A DNA stretch of 64,000 nucleotides from assembly GCA_002269645.1 (NCBI GenBank), contig NIVC01000323.1:62001-126000 (forward strand), read 5' to 3'. Positions within the stretch are counted from its first letter, which is position 1; each line of letters starts with the position of its first letter. This document shows positions 12,871 through 24,184 of the stretch, piece after piece. This DNA comes from Macrostomum lignano. Its lineage: Eukaryota. The notes below the pieces were generated by a model. The model searched no databases. It saw only the letters and a program-made list of their open reading frames with translations, and had not been told where the DNA came from. The translations under genes and the position numbers were made by a program.

Positions 12871-15800
12871 ATGCTACCTCTGAAGTACTCAATTCTCGTG
12901 GCCGCTCTGGCATTCGGTCTGGCTTACTGGCTCAACTACCGGCATCAGTTGCTAGGGCAACAGTCCGCCCAGCATCTGGAGCACATGCGCCTAGTTGCCA
13001 GGCAGATGGCGGTGGCTGAGAACTATTCTTTGTCAGCCTTGCGTCGGCCTAGGATTGCCGTTGGATTAGGCGCGTGCGTTGATAATGTTATCTCGGCTAA
13101 CGATTTCTGGTCGATATTCGATTCGAAAAAATTGGCCGAACAGGCGCCAAAAGAGGGATTCGATAATTATCCAGAGCACTTGAGGAGCATGGCCGAGTTT
13201 AGGCAAATGTTCGGCTTCTTTTTCAAACAGGTAAGGGCAGTTGCTTTTCAAGTATCTTAGAAACTTATAGCAAATTCAATTATAATGCCTATTCATTTGT
13301 AAATGTACTGAGTTCTGTTGCGTAAGTCAGAATCTTGGTGCCATTTAGCATTCTTGTCTAAATTTCAATTGTCTATTCTCTCAAGTTCCTGATAAATTGA
13401 TATTGTCTATAGCCTTAAGCTCAGGATGAATTTTGATTGTCTATGGCCTTAAGCTCAGGATGATTTTCAATTGTCTATGGCCTTAAGTTCGGGATGATTT
13501 GCGATTGTCTATGACCTTGAGTCCAGGATTAATTTTTTATTGTCTATGGCCTTAAGTTCGGGATGGATTGCGATTGTCTATGGCCTTTAGTCCAGGATGA
13601 ATTTTCGATTGTCTATGGCCTTAAGTTCGGGATGATTTGCGATTGTCTATGACCTTGAGTCCAGGATTAATTTTTTATTGTCTATGGTCTTAAGTTCGGG
13701 ATGGATTGCGATTGTCTATGGCCTTTAGTCCAGGATGAATTTTCGATTGTCTATGGCCTTAAGTTCGGGATGATTTGCGATTGTCTATGGTCTTAACTTC
13801 GGGATGGATTGCGATTGTCTATGGCCTTAAGTTCGGGATGGATTGCGATTGTCTATAGCCTTAAGTTCGGGATGCATTGCGATTGTCCATGGCCTTAAGT
13901 TCGGGATGCATTGCGATTGTCCATGGCCTTAAGTTCGGGATGCATTGCGATTGTCCATGGCCTTAAGTTCGGGATGCATTGCGATTGTCTATGGCCTTAA
14001 GTTCTGGATGGATTGCGATTGTCTATAGCCTTAAGTTCGGGATGGATTGCGATTGTCTATAGCCTTAAGTTCGGGATGCATTGCGATTGTCTATAGCCTT
14101 AAGTTCGGGATGGATAGCGATTTTCTATGGCCTTAAGTTCGGGATGGATAGCAATTGTCTATGGCCTTAAGTTCGGGATAATTTGCGATTGTCTATGGCC
14201 TTAAGTTCAAATGGATTGCTTTTTTCTATGGTTTTAAGTCTAGAGTTAATTACTATTGTCTATGGCTTCAGTCCAGAATGAATTGCAGCTGTCTTATGAC
14301 AACATATATCGGATAGAACTTTATAATAATTTTAGGGTGCAGCGGCTGAGCGCTACCTTGACAACCAGGCAGTTTTCTCCGACATCATAGCCAGATTAAA
14401 ATCGGCCTCGAATAGCGTTGCCAGGCGATTCTCTCTGGGTGGCAACGCGCCCACTATGGCAAATAGACTGGCTGGGGACGGTGCAGACGTGTTGCTAGGG
14501 GCGACCCTGACGCCCGAGTACCGGGCCGCCCTCCACCGCAGGGTGATCCTTACTGGCATGGACGAATCGGTGGATTATCATGTTAGCGTCGAGTACGAAG
14601 TTGGCGACGAATGGTCCGGGGTTCGAGCCCCTCGTGCTAATCGATTCATATTCCACAGAGATCAAGGGAATTCGCGTCTAACTAGCCTACCAGACTTCCG
14701 GTCCAGCCTCACAGCCTTCCGCCCGGATGTGCTGGTGATCGGCGGCCTGCAGCTCATGGACGGCATCCCTTACGCCAACTCAAGTGAGCCAGAGGCGCTG
14801 CTCTCCAATCTGGGCGGCTTCCTGTCTGAGCAGACTCAACCGTTGATTCACTTTGAGATGGCATCGTTTGCGGATGCGGACATGCTTAAGCTGGTGATTA
14901 GGCACGTGCTTAGCAATGCAGACTCTGTCGGACTTAACGAGCAGGAGTTGCCAAATCTAGTTAGTGTACTGGAGACTGGCAAGCCTATTGTGCTGTCCGC
15001 TGCTTATCCCCGGGTGGCAACTATGCTGGACTTGATGCGACGACTGTACGCTGCGCTCAGAGACCTGCCTGGTAAGGAATATTTACTTTTGACGGGGGGA
15101 GGGGGTTGGTGAAGACGGCTAGGGGAGGGGTTGGTGCAGACGGCTGCGGAAGGGGGGTTGGTGCATACGGCTGCGGGAGGGGGGTGGTGCATACGGCTGC
15201 GGGAGGGGGGTTGGTTCAGACGGTTCGGGGAGGGGGGTTGGTGCATACGGCTGCGGGAGGGGGATTGGTGCATACGGCTTCGGGAGGGGGTTGGTGCATA
15301 CGGCTGCGGGAGGGACGTTGGTTCAGACGGCTCGGGGAGGGGGGTTGCTGCAGACGGCTGGGGGAGGGGGTTGGTGCAGAATGGCTAGAGAAGGGGGGTT
15401 GGTGCACATGGCTGTGGAAAGGGGTTGGTGCAGACGACTGGGGAAGGGGGGTTGGTGCAGAATGGCTAGGGAAGGGGGTTGATGCAGACGGCTAGGGGAG
15501 GGGGTTGGTGCAGACGGCTAGGGGAGGGGGTTGGTGCAGAATGGCTAGGGGGAGGGGGTTGGTGCATACGGCTGCGGGAGGGGGTTGGTGCAGACGGCTA
15601 GGGGGAGGGGGTTGGTGCATACGGCTGCGGGAGGGGTTGGTGCAGACGGCTAGGGGGAGGGGGTTGGTGCATACGGCTGCGGGAGGGGGTTGGTGCAGAC
15701 GGCTAGGGGGAGGGGGTTGGTGCAGACGGCTAGGGGGAGGGGGTTGGTGCAGACGGCTAGGGAGGGGGTTGGTGCAAAATGGCTAGGGGGAGGGGTTGGT

Positions 15801-16398
15801 GCAGACGGCTGGGGGAGGGGGCTGGTGCAGACGGCTGGGGGAGGGGGTTGGTGCAGACGGCTGGGGGAGGAGTTCAGACGGACAGACGGACACAAACAAA
15901 CATACAGAGTTTTTGTTTTATAGATATGGACAATTTTGAACTGGTACTAATCGATTCCTGGTCGTATCCCCTGCAGGTGGTCGCCACGTGAGTCGTATCC
16001 ACCTGCACACGCTGGGCTTCCAGGCCATTCTCACTCGATCTAATTCCCGCTGGGTGAATTCTCGCTCAGCGGCAGCTAGGGCTGCCCTGGTTGCTCACCG
16101 GTTCACCTGTTCCGTGCCCGACGTTGACGTTGATCGAGCCAAGCTGCTCATGGATGACAGCTTCGCTATCAGCGAAATGCCCGGCGCTTTCCGGCGAACC
16201 TTCAACGCCAGCGAGCCGGTCAGCTGCTGGACGGAGCCGGTAGCGCCTGGCGCTGATGGTCGCAGCCAGTCCAGCGAGACCCTGACGCTGTGCGTGGCTC
16301 CCGGCCTGGTGTGCACCCGAGTGCGCCAGACTGGCGGCGCCGGGGACAACATCTCGGCTGCCGGCCTGTCGCCGCAGGTGGACCCGACTGGGGAGTGA
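12871..16398 (+). CDS. ADPGK: ADP-dependent glucokinase; exons 12871-13230, 14336-15071, 15977-16398 (505 aa)
   Basis: N-terminal hydrophobic anchor. Family motifs GLGACVD, GAAAERY, GGNAPTMA, PRANRFIFH, IHFEMASF, SVGLNEQEL, SRIHLHTLGFQ and catalytic GAGDNISA. Spliced length is 1518 nt (506 codons) with canonical GT-AG sites. Confidence 0.95.
13380..14270. repeat. 34-bp intronic minisatellite (GATTGTCTATGGCCTTAAGTTCGGGATGGATTGC)n
   Basis: About 25 units in ADPGK intron 1. Confidence 0.93.
15097..15870. repeat. G-rich 24-27-bp intronic minisatellite (GGGGTTGGTGCAGACGGCTAGGGGGA)n
   Basis: Fills ADPGK intron 2; same family as 19928-20645. Confidence 0.92.
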
Positions 16399-16439
16399 TG
16401 GGGACACTTGCTTTGTGTCTAGAATCTGTCTGCCTGGGT

Positions 16440-16467
16440 GTCTTAGTGTCTGTCTGTCTGACTGTCC

Positions 16468-16545
<78 letters not shown>

Positions 16546-16554
16546 GTCTGTCTC

Positions 16555-16650
<96 letters not shown>
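16440..16650. repeat. (TGTC)n microsatellite
   Basis: Directly visible just 3' of the ADPGK stop. Confidence 0.97.
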
Positions 16651-16651
<1 letters not shown>

Positions 16652-16994
16652 AGTTCAATATCTCTATCCTTTCGATATCCTTGGTTGTTGGAATTTAGAG
16701 CCAAAAAATAATTAACACGTGAGGAGATTGGCCCGTGCTAATTATTCTTGTTCGACTTGCTCACCTGTTAGTGTCTGCCCAAAGCGCCCTTAGGCTCTTG
16801 TTTGGCATCTGTCTTTATTCACAAATTGTTTTAACTCGTGTGATTTTGGGCGATTTTAACTACTTACTTTGTTGGCTTTGCCTAATATTTTAATTATTTT
16901 ATCCCGATCTCTTGATGTACTTCTTACAATTTATAATGGCATTTTCCTTTCTACTCGTATGCAATGTCGTGAATACAATATAGATTGACATAGT

Positions 16995-17520
16995 TGGTTC
17001 CTTTACTTTTATGCCTCCATTCCAATACACACCTCTTTGTACGCATCCTCCAGACTCACCCCTCCATTCCTCACCCCTTTGTACGCATCCTCCAGACCCA
17101 CGCCTCCATTCCGCTTCCCTTTGTACGCTTTTACAGACTCACCCCTCCATTGCCCACCCCTTTGTACGCATCCTCCATACCCACCCCTCCATTCCACACC
17201 CCTTTGTACGCTTTTACAGACTCACCCCTCCATTCCTCACCCCTTTGTACGCTTTTACAGACCCACCCCTCCATTCCCCACCCGTTTGTACGCATCCTCC
17301 AGACTCACCCCTCCATTCCACACTCCTTTGTACGCTTTTACAGACTCACCCCTCCATTCCTCACCCCTTTGTACGCTTTCTCTAGACCCACCCCCCATTC
17401 CTGACCCCTTTGTACGCTTTCTCTAGACCCACCCCCCATTCCTGACCCCTTTGTACGCTTTCTCTAGACCCACCCCTCCGTTCCTCACCCCTTTGTACGC
17501 TTTCTCCAGACCCACCCCAC
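16995..17520. repeat. About 41-bp minisatellite (CCCCTTTGTACGCTTTTACAGACTCACCCCTCCATTCCTCA)n
   Basis: Tandem units visible. Confidence 0.9.
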
Positions 17521-18289
17521 TCCCAGGAGTCATTAAGCACTTAGTTTTACGGTATAAGTTTGTATTTATTTAATAGTATAATCTAGTAGGTATCAAAACT
17601 ATGGAATAAGGCTTTAATTAGGTTTTGAATTATTAATTTTTAATACTAGGACTGCTTTAATTAGTCTTAATCTACTCAGTCTAATCTGCATTAGTGTCTT
17701 AAATTTTGCTATTTAACATTGAAATTGTTTCTAAGAGTGCTGAATTAAAACTGCCTTCTTAGTTCTTTTGATATACATTTTAGAAGACATTGTTGCACAG
17801 ATCTGTTGAACTTTTGTCCGCACTGTTTACTTAGAATGCTGTAGTAGTATCAGTAGCTAAATATGTCATATTTAGCGAAAAATTGACTGAAATTGTCTAA
17901 AATTTATTTGTCTTTTCTCTGGTGAAATCTTGACTTACCTGCCTTGGTAATTGGTAGCAGATTGTGCTTTGATTTTTTGCAATGCGTTTGACAATTGGAC
18001 AGAACAGATTTTTTTATTAAATGTACTTTTGACTGTGGTGAAAGCGTTTTCGTTGTAGTAGATTAGCTAATTTTATTTCCTGATTAAATTAGTTTGTCTT
18101 ATTATTTTTAAAATGCCATGCTAGAATAAACAAACACCATTTGCAGTCTGTTTTTTTTTCAAGATTCGTGTTTCTTCTCCTAAATAGCTCGTAGTTATTG
18201 ATCCCATTTATTTTCTTCTTGGGTTTAAAACTTCATTTTGACATTTTTGGGCAGACTTTGGGCTTGATTTGAATATGATTAAATTCTAC

Positions 18290-18800
18290 ATATCTCTGTA
18301 GCTGGCGCCCCCTCCCTCTGTAGCTGGCGCCCCTCTTTCCTTCTGTAGCTGGCGCCCCCTCCCACTGTAGCTGGCGCCCCCTCCCACTGTAGCTGGCGCC
18401 CCCTCCCACTGTAGCTGGCTCCCCCTCCCTCTGTAGCTGGCGCCCCCTCCCTCTGTAGCTGGCGCCCCCTCCCACTGTAGCTGGCGCCCCCTCCCTCTGT
18501 AGCTGGCGCCCCCTCCCACTGTAGCTGGCGCCCCCTCCCACTGTAGCTGGCGCCCCCTCCCACTGTAGCTGGCTCCCCCTCCCTCTGTAGCTGGCGCCCC
18601 CTCCCTCTGTAGCTGGCGCCCCCTCCCACTGTAGCTGGCGCCCCCTCCCTCTGTAGCTGGCGCCCCCTCCCTCTGTAGCTGGCGCCCCCTCCCTCTGTAT
18701 CTGGCGCCTCCTCCTTCTGTAGCTGGCGCCCCCTCCCTCTGTAGCTGGCGCCCCCTCCCTCTGTAGCTGGCGCCTCCTCCTTCTGTAGCTGGCGCCCCCT
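18290..18800. repeat. 22-bp minisatellite (CTGTAGCTGGCGCCCCCTCCCT)n
   Basis: About 23 tandem units. Confidence 0.95.
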
Positions 18801-19399
18801 CTGTACATTTTATAAACCCAGAAAAGAAATTGATGGCAATGCAAATCAAATGGTATTTAAGAAACCTTTGCATATAAATTGATACAATTGACGTTCTTGT
18901 AACTCAGCGGCAATGTGCGCAACTTTGAATCTCACTGATGGAAACTTCGTACGCATTTGAGTACAGATTCAGTGAATCGAAGCATTCAGTGCCTTAATTT
19001 TGCGTGCGGAATTATAGCTGATGCATGAGGCTAAGAAGCTGTGTTGCTTTTCTCAAAACTCATTCGGGCCACCCGCAAACAATGAACCGGTAGTTGAGTG
19101 CACCGATTTCCTGCTTGAAGATTTCCGTTACCAAGCCACTCGGGTAGAACTTGCTTCCTTAACATCACAAAAGAATGAAAGTTTAAGACAAAGACAGTTC
19201 CTATTTACTGCACCGAAACTCTGAACTGCTAGCAAAGTCGCAATAGCAATCCCTTCTGGTTAAGCTCCAGGGACACAGTTCCTTCCTTTGACGGAAAATT
19301 CTTTTCATTTGTAGCTATTATTCTGGCATGTGAAATCGATAAACTTGCTGTGAGCCCCGTGTGGAAAACTTGTCAGTTTTAGCTACTTATTATTTTATT

Positions 19400-19928
19400 T
19401 TAGCTACGTGGCCTGCCAGCTGGAGTCGCCGACGGCGCAGCAGATCGCTAGGACGGGCCAGGCCGGCGCGATGATAGAGCGCCGTGTTGGTGACTCGCTC
19501 GTTGCCGATCTTGAAGGCGGCGCGCAGCAGGCCAGCGTGCGCCGCGTCGACTTGAGCCTCGAGCGAGTCTGTCAGCGTCCAGGTCTCGGCGTTGTATAAC
19601 AGGACGGTCTCGATCACCGCCTGGAACAGCGCCGCCCTCTGGCGGTCCGGTAGGGCCTCGGACTGCAGGACTGATCTTATAGAACGAAAGGCAGCCCAGG
19701 CAAGTCCTCGGCGACGCCGCAGATCCTCGCGGACGTCGGGAACCAGACCGCCGAGGTAGACGAACTGCTGACATCTTGGAAGCTCACTCGCCTGTCCGTC
19801 AGCGCCTCGGCAGAAGATTGCAGCCTCGGTGTCGTCCGGCACGCATAGCACGACGGTCTTCTGCGTGTTGACCACCAGGCCGACGCTCGCCGCAACGGCA
19901 ACCAGCCTATCCAGCTGTCGTTGGGCGC
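19400..19928 (-). mobile_element. Non-LTR retrotransposon fragment (RTE-like; RT thumb and C-terminal region)
   Basis: Translation LDRL...VGLVVNTQKT...FVYLG...ETVLLYNAETWTLT...LLRRRRLQLAGHV matches the RT domain 6-7/thumb region typical of RTE-clade LINEs. Truncated on both sides. Confidence 0.8.
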
Positions 19929-20645
19929 AGAATGGCTGGGGAAGGGGGTTGGTGCAGACGGCTGGGGAGGGGTTTGGTGAAGACCGCTGGGGAGGGGGGT
20001 TGGTTGGTGCAGAATGGCTGGGGAAGGGGGTTGGTTGGTGCAGAATGGCTGGGGAAGGGGGTTGGTGCAGAATGGCTGGGGAAGGGGGTTGGTGCAGAAT
20101 GACTGGGGAAAGGGGTTGGTGCAGAATGGCTGGGGAAGAGGGTTGGTGCAGAATGGCTGGGGAAAGGGGTTGGTGCAGAATGGCTGGGAAAAGGGGTTGG
20201 TGTAGAATGACTGGGGAAGGGGGTTGGTGCAGAATGGCTGGGGAAGGGGGTTGGTGCAGAATGACTGGGGAAGGGGGTTGGTTGGTGCAGAATGGCTGGG
20301 GAAGAGGGTTGGTGCAGAATGGCTGGGGAAGGGGGTTGGTGCAGAATGGCTGGGGAAAGGGGTTGGTGCAGAATGGCAGGGGAAAGGGGTTGGTGCAGAA
20401 TGGCTGGGGAAGGGGGTTGGTTGGTGCAGAATGGCTGGGGAAGGGGGTTGGTGCAGAATGGCTGGGGAAGGGGGTTGGTGCAGAATGGCTGGGGAAGGGG
20501 GTTGGTTGGTGCAGAATGGCTGGGGAAGAGGGTTGGTGCAGAATGGCTGGGGAAGGGGGTTGGTGCAGAATGGCTGGGGAAGGGGGTTGGTTGGTGCAGA
20601 ATGGCTGGGGAAGGAGGTTGGTGCAGACGGCTGGGAAAGGGGTTG
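19928..20645. repeat. G-rich minisatellite (GGGGTTGGTGCAGAATGGCTGGGGAA)n
   Basis: Tandem units abutting the RT fragment. Confidence 0.93.
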
Positions 20646-21260
20646 CCGTAAACAAAAATTTCTTTAATTTTTCCCTCAATTTAATTCTTTTAATTTGAAC
20701 AAAATTTGATTTCATTTGGTTGAGCGGTTTGGCAGTTTATAGCGAAAAAATGAATACATTTATATCTGTTTAAGCGAATCAAATGAAATTACTTACAGTG
20801 ATGTTTTATGTAATTCTTTACTTTTTTATTGAAATAAGCCAGGAAATTTTGTATTTGTTCAAAGCTGTTCATAACAGACTGTAATCATGTTGCAGCTTTA
20901 AATAGACTCATCGACCGCTCATATTCAGCTTGTGCAACTCAATAAAAATAATATGAGTAGCTAGCTAGATGTAAATGTACAGTACATGTATAATAAAAAA
21001 TTTAGAGGCCATCTTGAAATAATAATTAAGCCCATTCGCTAAAAAGTACGGTCGAATATTATAAAACAGGTTTGCTAATAAAACGAATAGAAGTAAATGT
21101 TGCCAAGAAGATTTCATATACACTATTAGATAAGGATTAAATATTCTAAAGCATACCGTAGCTTAATTTTGGTTCTTTTGCAAAGCAGAACGCATTTTCC
21201 ACGTCAGTAATCCACAGATGATGCAGTTTCTGAAATTCACGGTTTTGTTGTATCTCAGAA

Positions 21261-22007
21261 TCAAGCGAAAGGTGACAGGCACTCGCACAGAACATTGGAA
21301 ACTTCATTGTATGCGTCCCAGATATCCGTGAGACCCTTTAAATTGAGATATTTTCCAATTGCATTGTCACCACCAACGTAGTCATTGGGCTCGCCACTGG
21401 CCCAAAAAGCGGAATCAACAGAAGTGTTGCAGCCGACCCAGTACCAGCCGCCCAGAGGCTCCGCACTGCCTTCTGGCTGGCGGCCTCCGAGCCAGATCGA
21501 CTGTCCAGAGCTGTAGTTCGAGTAGATGGAGTTCACGTGGCTCATCTCCTGCTCGCTGGTCACGTCGGCCATGATGACCAGACCGCTCTCTGACTCGCAC
21601 TTCTGCCTGCTCGGCCACCACGTCCCGATACCAGAGTACAGCCTGTACTTCACTCCGCACAGGTGCATGCCGTAGCCAGACGGACACAGCGCGCCCGCCT
21701 CGAGTCCCGGCCGCTGCTTGACAAACACCCGGCCTCTCCTGGAGCAGCCGCAGCTCCTCACCGACTTGCTGCACTTGTCGAACACGAACAGCTGGCACGG
21801 ACCGTCAGCCAGGCTGAACGCCTGACAGCGCAGCTTCCGGGAGCACAGAGCGGCGCAGGCCAGCTTTCTGACCACGGCTGGGTGGGACTCGACGAACTCG
21901 GCATTGATGCAGAGGCTGCCGTCAATGAGGCTGTACTGCTGCTCGCTGGCATTGGTGAGGCCAAGGACAAGAGTTATCCAGGCCACAATGTTCGATACGC
22001 TGACCAT
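21261..22007 (-). CDS. Secreted PAN/Apple-like + C-type lectin domain protein, copy A (EPN motif), 248 aa, single exon
   Basis: Signal peptide MVSVSNIVAWITLVLGLTNA. PAN-like CAALC...CQAFSL...CQL. CTLD with CPSGY, W..SRQKC, SIWLGG, WYWVGC, WASGEPN and terminal LCE. Confidence 0.85.
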   Translation of the reverse strand: MVSVSNIVAWITLVLGLTNASEQQYSLIDGSLCINAEFVESHPAVVRKLACAALCSRKLRCQAFSLADGPCQLFVFDKCSKSVRSCGCSRRGRVFVKQRPGLEAGALCPSGYGMHLCGVKYRLYSGIGTWWPSRQKCESESGLVIMADVTSEQEMSHVNSIYSNYSSGQSIWLGGRQPEGSAEPLGGWYWVGCNTSVDSAFWASGEPNDYVGGDNAIGKYLNLKGLTDIWDAYNEVSNVLCECLSPFA

Positions 22008-22348
22008 TGTTGCTTCTACCTGGATGCAATATTAGTCGTGTGTCAAATTTCTAACGAGACTAGCTATAATGTCTCTTTCTTGAGTAATTTTCTTCTGTTT
22101 GCTTTTCTCCCAACGCAGTTTCTCGATCCTCCCTTTTGTCACGGACAGGCAGTTTTCACTTCAATTCTGATTGGTCATTGCAGCAGAGTTGGTAGCAATG
22201 ATGGTGGGGATCAGGGTAGCGACTTCTAACACTAAAATTTCAACGAAACATTTTTGTTTACAGCGTTTTTTTTCTTTTTCTCATGCCATGGCTTTTAGTC
22301 AGGCATTACAGCAGTATCATTAGTAGATGCTGGGGAAACTAAAGTTTC

Positions 22349-22519
22349 GATAAATAAAGGTAAATATCAACATGAAGTATTATTTGAGTTGCCGATGCAT
22401 TTCGTCCATTTGCATTAGGACATCGTCAGGGTCTTTTTATGACGATGTCCTAATGCAAATGGACGAAATGCATCGGCAACTCAAATAATACTTCATGTTG
22501 ATATTTACCTTTATTTATC
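22349..22519. repeat. Perfect inverted repeat: 80-bp arms with 11-nt loop
   Basis: 22349-22428 is the exact reverse complement of 22440-22519. Confidence 0.95.
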
Positions 22520-23443
22520 TACTCTTCATCAAGCGAGCCACTTTACCTGAAAACTAAAGTTTCGTTAGCTTTTTTATTATCAATAAAGCTACGATCTTTG
22601 CACGCAAGGCAAACAAACATTGTCGCGAGTATGTTTGCGGCTCGAGTCTTCTAGGTTGAGCCATGGTGACAAACAGGTAATAATTCGTCAATCCACTGCA
22701 CGAGCATTAAGGTTGACAGTGTCAGAGTCAAGTGCGGATGCAGCTTGCCATAGAGGCATTGGGCTAATTTGTGAATTTGAACTCCGCTTTGATAGCACAT
22801 CATTTCTGCTGGAATGGTTACTCACATCTAGTAGTGTGTGTCGCGGTCAAATCCGTAAATTTCACTATTTTGTACCAGTTATTTAAGGGGTTGAATGTAC
22901 ATTTAGCAGCTGCATGGGCTCTGTGCATCGCTGAGACCAGTGAAGAGTAAGAGATACAACTAAATCTAGAATGCCGACATCGCTAAAAGACCGAGTCATT
23001 CATATCCGATGGCAAAGCAGCATGTTTGCGTGACTGCGTACAGAATTAGCGCGCCTGTATGTGCCCAGTAGTCTGCGGAATGGGCAGAATTGCCGTCAGC
23101 ACTGGGGGTGTGGGACAATGTCGAAGAAGTCATTGCGTCAGCGCGTCCACAGTATTATAAAAAAGTAAACAAATAGTAAAACGCAAGTAGTGCAGTACTC
23201 GTAGCGGTACGACAAATTGGCGTCTTTCCCTATCGGCCTGTAAACGCGCATTATTGGGAAAATGAGTGTAGCCTCTTAGTAGCATCCTTAAAATATAATA
23301 AATAATAACTCATGACAAAAAGTTCTGTTCACAAAGAAAAACAGTAGTCATTGTGCTTCACACTACAGTAAACAAAGAACGGTACTGTGTCAAATCCTTC
23401 AAAGCTGTTTAGGTTCAATAAATCGGTTGTCGATTCTGCGCAG

Positions 23444-24184
23444 TCAGTTGAACGGAGAGACGCACTCGCACAGCACTGTCTCGGTTGCAAAAGATTCGCG
23501 CAGGTCAGAGAGTCCGGCATCCTTCCAGTACCTTGCAATCACATTCTCCGAAGCAGCATTTGGCTGATGAGCATTCCACAGAGTTGGGTCAACGGTGGTG
23601 TTGCAGCCGACCCAGTACCAGCCGCCCAGAGGCTCCGCACTGCCTGCTGACTGGCGGCCTCCGAGCCAGATCGATTGTCCAGAGCTGTAGGTTGAGTAGA
23701 TCGAGTCCACGTGCCTCATCTCCTCAGCGCTGGTCACGTCGGCCATGATGATCAGACCGCTCTCTGACTCGCACTTCTGCCTGCTCGGCCACCACGTCCC
23801 GATGCCAGAGTACAGCCTGTACTTCACTCCGCACAGGTCCATGCCGTAGCCAGACGGACACAGCGCGCCCGGCTCGAGTCCCGGCCGCTGCTTGACGAAC
23901 ACCCGGCCTCTCCTGGAGCAGCCGCAGCTCCTCACCGACTTGCTGCACTTGTCGAACACGAACAGCTGGCACGGACCGTCAGCCAGGCTGAACGCCTGAC
24001 AGCGCTGGTTTTGGGCGCACAGAGCGGCGCACCCGACTTTGTTGAGTGCGCTTGAGTAGGTCTCAACAAACTCGCCGTTGATGCAGAGATACCCGTTGAT
24101 GAGAACATACAGCTGCTGGCTGTCACTGCCGAGCGTGAGGCCCAGAGCCAAAAACATCGTCAGGAGATTGATGCTCATCGTCAA
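23444..24184 (-). CDS. Secreted PAN/Apple-like + C-type lectin domain protein, copy B (QPN motif), 246 aa
   Basis: Signal peptide and the same architecture as copy A. Core of about 135 aa nearly identical to A and C. Confidence 0.85.
   Translation of the reverse strand: MTMSINLLTMFLALGLTLGSDSQQLYVLINGYLCINGEFVETYSSALNKVGCAALCAQNQRCQAFSLADGPCQLFVFDKCSKSVRSCGCSRRGRVFVKQRPGLEPGALCPSGYGMDLCGVKYRLYSGIGTWWPSRQKCESESGLIIMADVTSAEEMRHVDSIYSTYSSGQSIWLGGRQSAGSAEPLGGWYWVGCNTTVDPTLWNAHQPNAASENVIARYWKDAGLSDLRESFATETVLCECVSPFN

Noticed and set aside
19390-20715. 441-aa ORF as a genuine repeat-RT fusion protein
   Set aside because: The N-terminal half is translated minisatellite starting from a non-ATG codon in AT-rich DNA. 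Only the RT fragment is meaningful.
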